A stretch of DNA of 25,993 nucleotides. Origin: Candidatus Woesearchaeota archaeon (GTDB lineage Archaea > Nanobdellota > Nanobdellia > Pacearchaeales > GW2011-AR1). The position numbers and the translations under genes were made by a program. Each line of letters begins with the position of its first letter. Positions within the stretch are counted from its first letter, which is position 1. Shown here piece after piece: positions 24,964 through 25,993 of the stretch. The stretch is taken from assembly GCA_964401065.1 (NCBI GenBank), contig CAYNWY010000002.1, positions 1 through 25,993 on the forward strand, read 5' to 3'. The notes beneath the pieces are model-generated. The model worked only from the letters and a program-made list of their open reading frames with translations, did not search any database and was not told where the DNA came from.

Positions 24964-25362
24964 ATGATAATTAAAGTAACCTCTGACAAAGAAAAAGTGA
25001 AATCAATTTTGCAACTAATTAAAGAAAGAGAAGAATTTATCTCTTCAATTGATCACGAGAAATTCTCAACAAATGCTTCTGAGAATTATTATGAAATAAT
25101 TAAAGAATTGGCTAATGCTCTATTACTTTTAGATGGATTAAAAACAACTGGTGAATACGCCCATAAAGATTTAATTGACTATCTCATAAATTATAAAGAA
25201 TTTACAGATTCAGATATTTTATTTATGAATGATTTAAGAATAAAAAGAAACAATAGTGCGTATGATGGCAAAAAGATTGATCCTGTTTATTTAATAAATA
25301 ATAAAGACAAAATTTTAGATATTATTAAAAGACTAAAGGGAGCGATTAGAAAAAGAATTTGA
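24964..25362 (+). CDS. HEPN-domain protein (R-x4-Y variant)
   Basis: All-helical 132 aa, starts 1 nt after the MNT stop; YYEII, HKDLIDY, LRIKRNNSAYDG. Confidence 0.75.
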   Translation: MIIKVTSDKEKVKSILQLIKEREEFISSIDHEKFSTNASENYYEIIKELANALLLLDGLKTTGEYAHKDLIDYLINYKEFTDSDILFMNDLRIKRNNSAYDGKKIDPVYLINNKDKILDIIKRLKGAIRKRI

Positions 25363-25382
25363 AAATTAATTCCAAGGATAAA

Positions 25383-25401
25383 GTCCCCCAGCAGGAATCG
25401 A
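25383..25401 (-). other. Orphan tRNA 3'-end-like fragment (possible att site)
   Basis: Minus strand TCGATTCCTGCTGGGGGAC looks like T-loop, T-stem 3' strand and acceptor 3' strand; the upstream sequence cannot form the rest of a tRNA. Confidence 0.45.
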
Positions 25402-25462
25402 TTATGAGAAAGTTTATAGGTTAAGATTTTATTGAGAATTTCGGGGATTTAATTTATGACTC

Positions 25463-25993
25463 TTATCCAGAATTTTTAGCTACATAATCATAAACTATTT
25501 TTGAAAGTGTACTTATCATTTCATTTGCTTTTTCTTCTGTGGTATTCTCTCCCATAACACAGATTAGATAAGGTTTGTTTGGTACATAAACAATACCACA
25601 ATCGTGGTAGACTCCTTTTGTTATACTCACTCCTATTTTATGAGATATTTTAACATCCTCTGGAAGACCTGCCGGCAATTGAGAATTAAACTTCGTATCT
25701 GAAAGTATTGTAAGTGCCAGTTGGGAAAAAGGTCTTCTTAAGTAAGTTGAATAGTACAATGATCTAAATAGGTTAATATACTCTTTTGGAGATATGCTTA
25801 CTTCTTCGTCAGACTCTGGGAATCCTATCAAACCTATTAGTTCTATATAATCCTCATCTGTCATAAATCTTGTAATCAGAATCTCCGCCGCAGTGTTATC
25901 AGATTCCTGAATCATTTTTGTAATGAGTTCTTTTACTGTCATTTCATAACCTGCTCCTTCTGACGCAAGACTTCCTGACCTACCATCCAAATC
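25463..25993 (-). CDS. Class A beta-lactamase-like serine hydrolase, 5'-truncated by the window edge
   Basis: QESDNTA (SDN motif), SHKIG (KTG-like motif), YHDCGIVYVPNKPYLICVM; the SxxK motif would lie outside the window. Confidence 0.85.
   Translation of the reverse strand, partial: DLDGRSGSLASEGAGYEMTVKELITKMIQESDNTAAEILITRFMTDEDYIELIGLIGFPESDEEVSISPKEYINLFRSLYYSTYLRRPFSQLALTILSDTKFNSQLPAGLPEDVKISHKIGVSITKGVYHDCGIVYVPNKPYLICVMGENTTEEKANEMISTLSKIVYDYVAKNSG

Noticed and set aside
1-25993. CRISPR array, rRNA, transposase, integrase, recoded stop codons or frameshifted core genes
   Set aside because: No regularly spaced repeats or such genes were seen; all core genes read through intact in the standard code.

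Overview
AT-rich (roughly 30% GC by eye), gene-dense archaeal DNA. It is most consistent with a small-genome DPANN archaeon (Pacearchaeota/Woesearchaeota-like; inferred from gene content, not from a search). The backbone is a translation/tRNA-handling cluster: AspRS, GatE, GatD, tRNA-Arg(TCG), ProRS, deoxyhypusine synthase, TFE, a short AlaRS, LeuRS and the tRNA splicing endonuclease. Accessory genes are interleaved. The most striking items are: (1) a free-standing two-motif LAGLIDADG gene whose last codons and stop lie inside the tRNA-Arg gene, with an unannotated divergent 41-aa RHH-like gene and an 11-bp inverted-repeat pair between them; (2) a GatE lacking its insertion domain, next to aspS; (3) a DisA-type diadenylate cyclase beside a DHH/DHHA1 phosphoesterase; (4) a minus-strand structured leader in front of a 38-aa ORF; (5) a nucleotidyltransferase overlapping an unannotated 56-aa partner; (6) a wHTH-MNT/HEPN pair with a perfect 18-bp operator-like palindrome; (7) an orphan tRNA 3'-end fragment that may be an att site; (8) a bacterial-core LeuRS with an archaeal-type C-terminus. 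All family assignments come from motif recognition by eye; no database searches were run.
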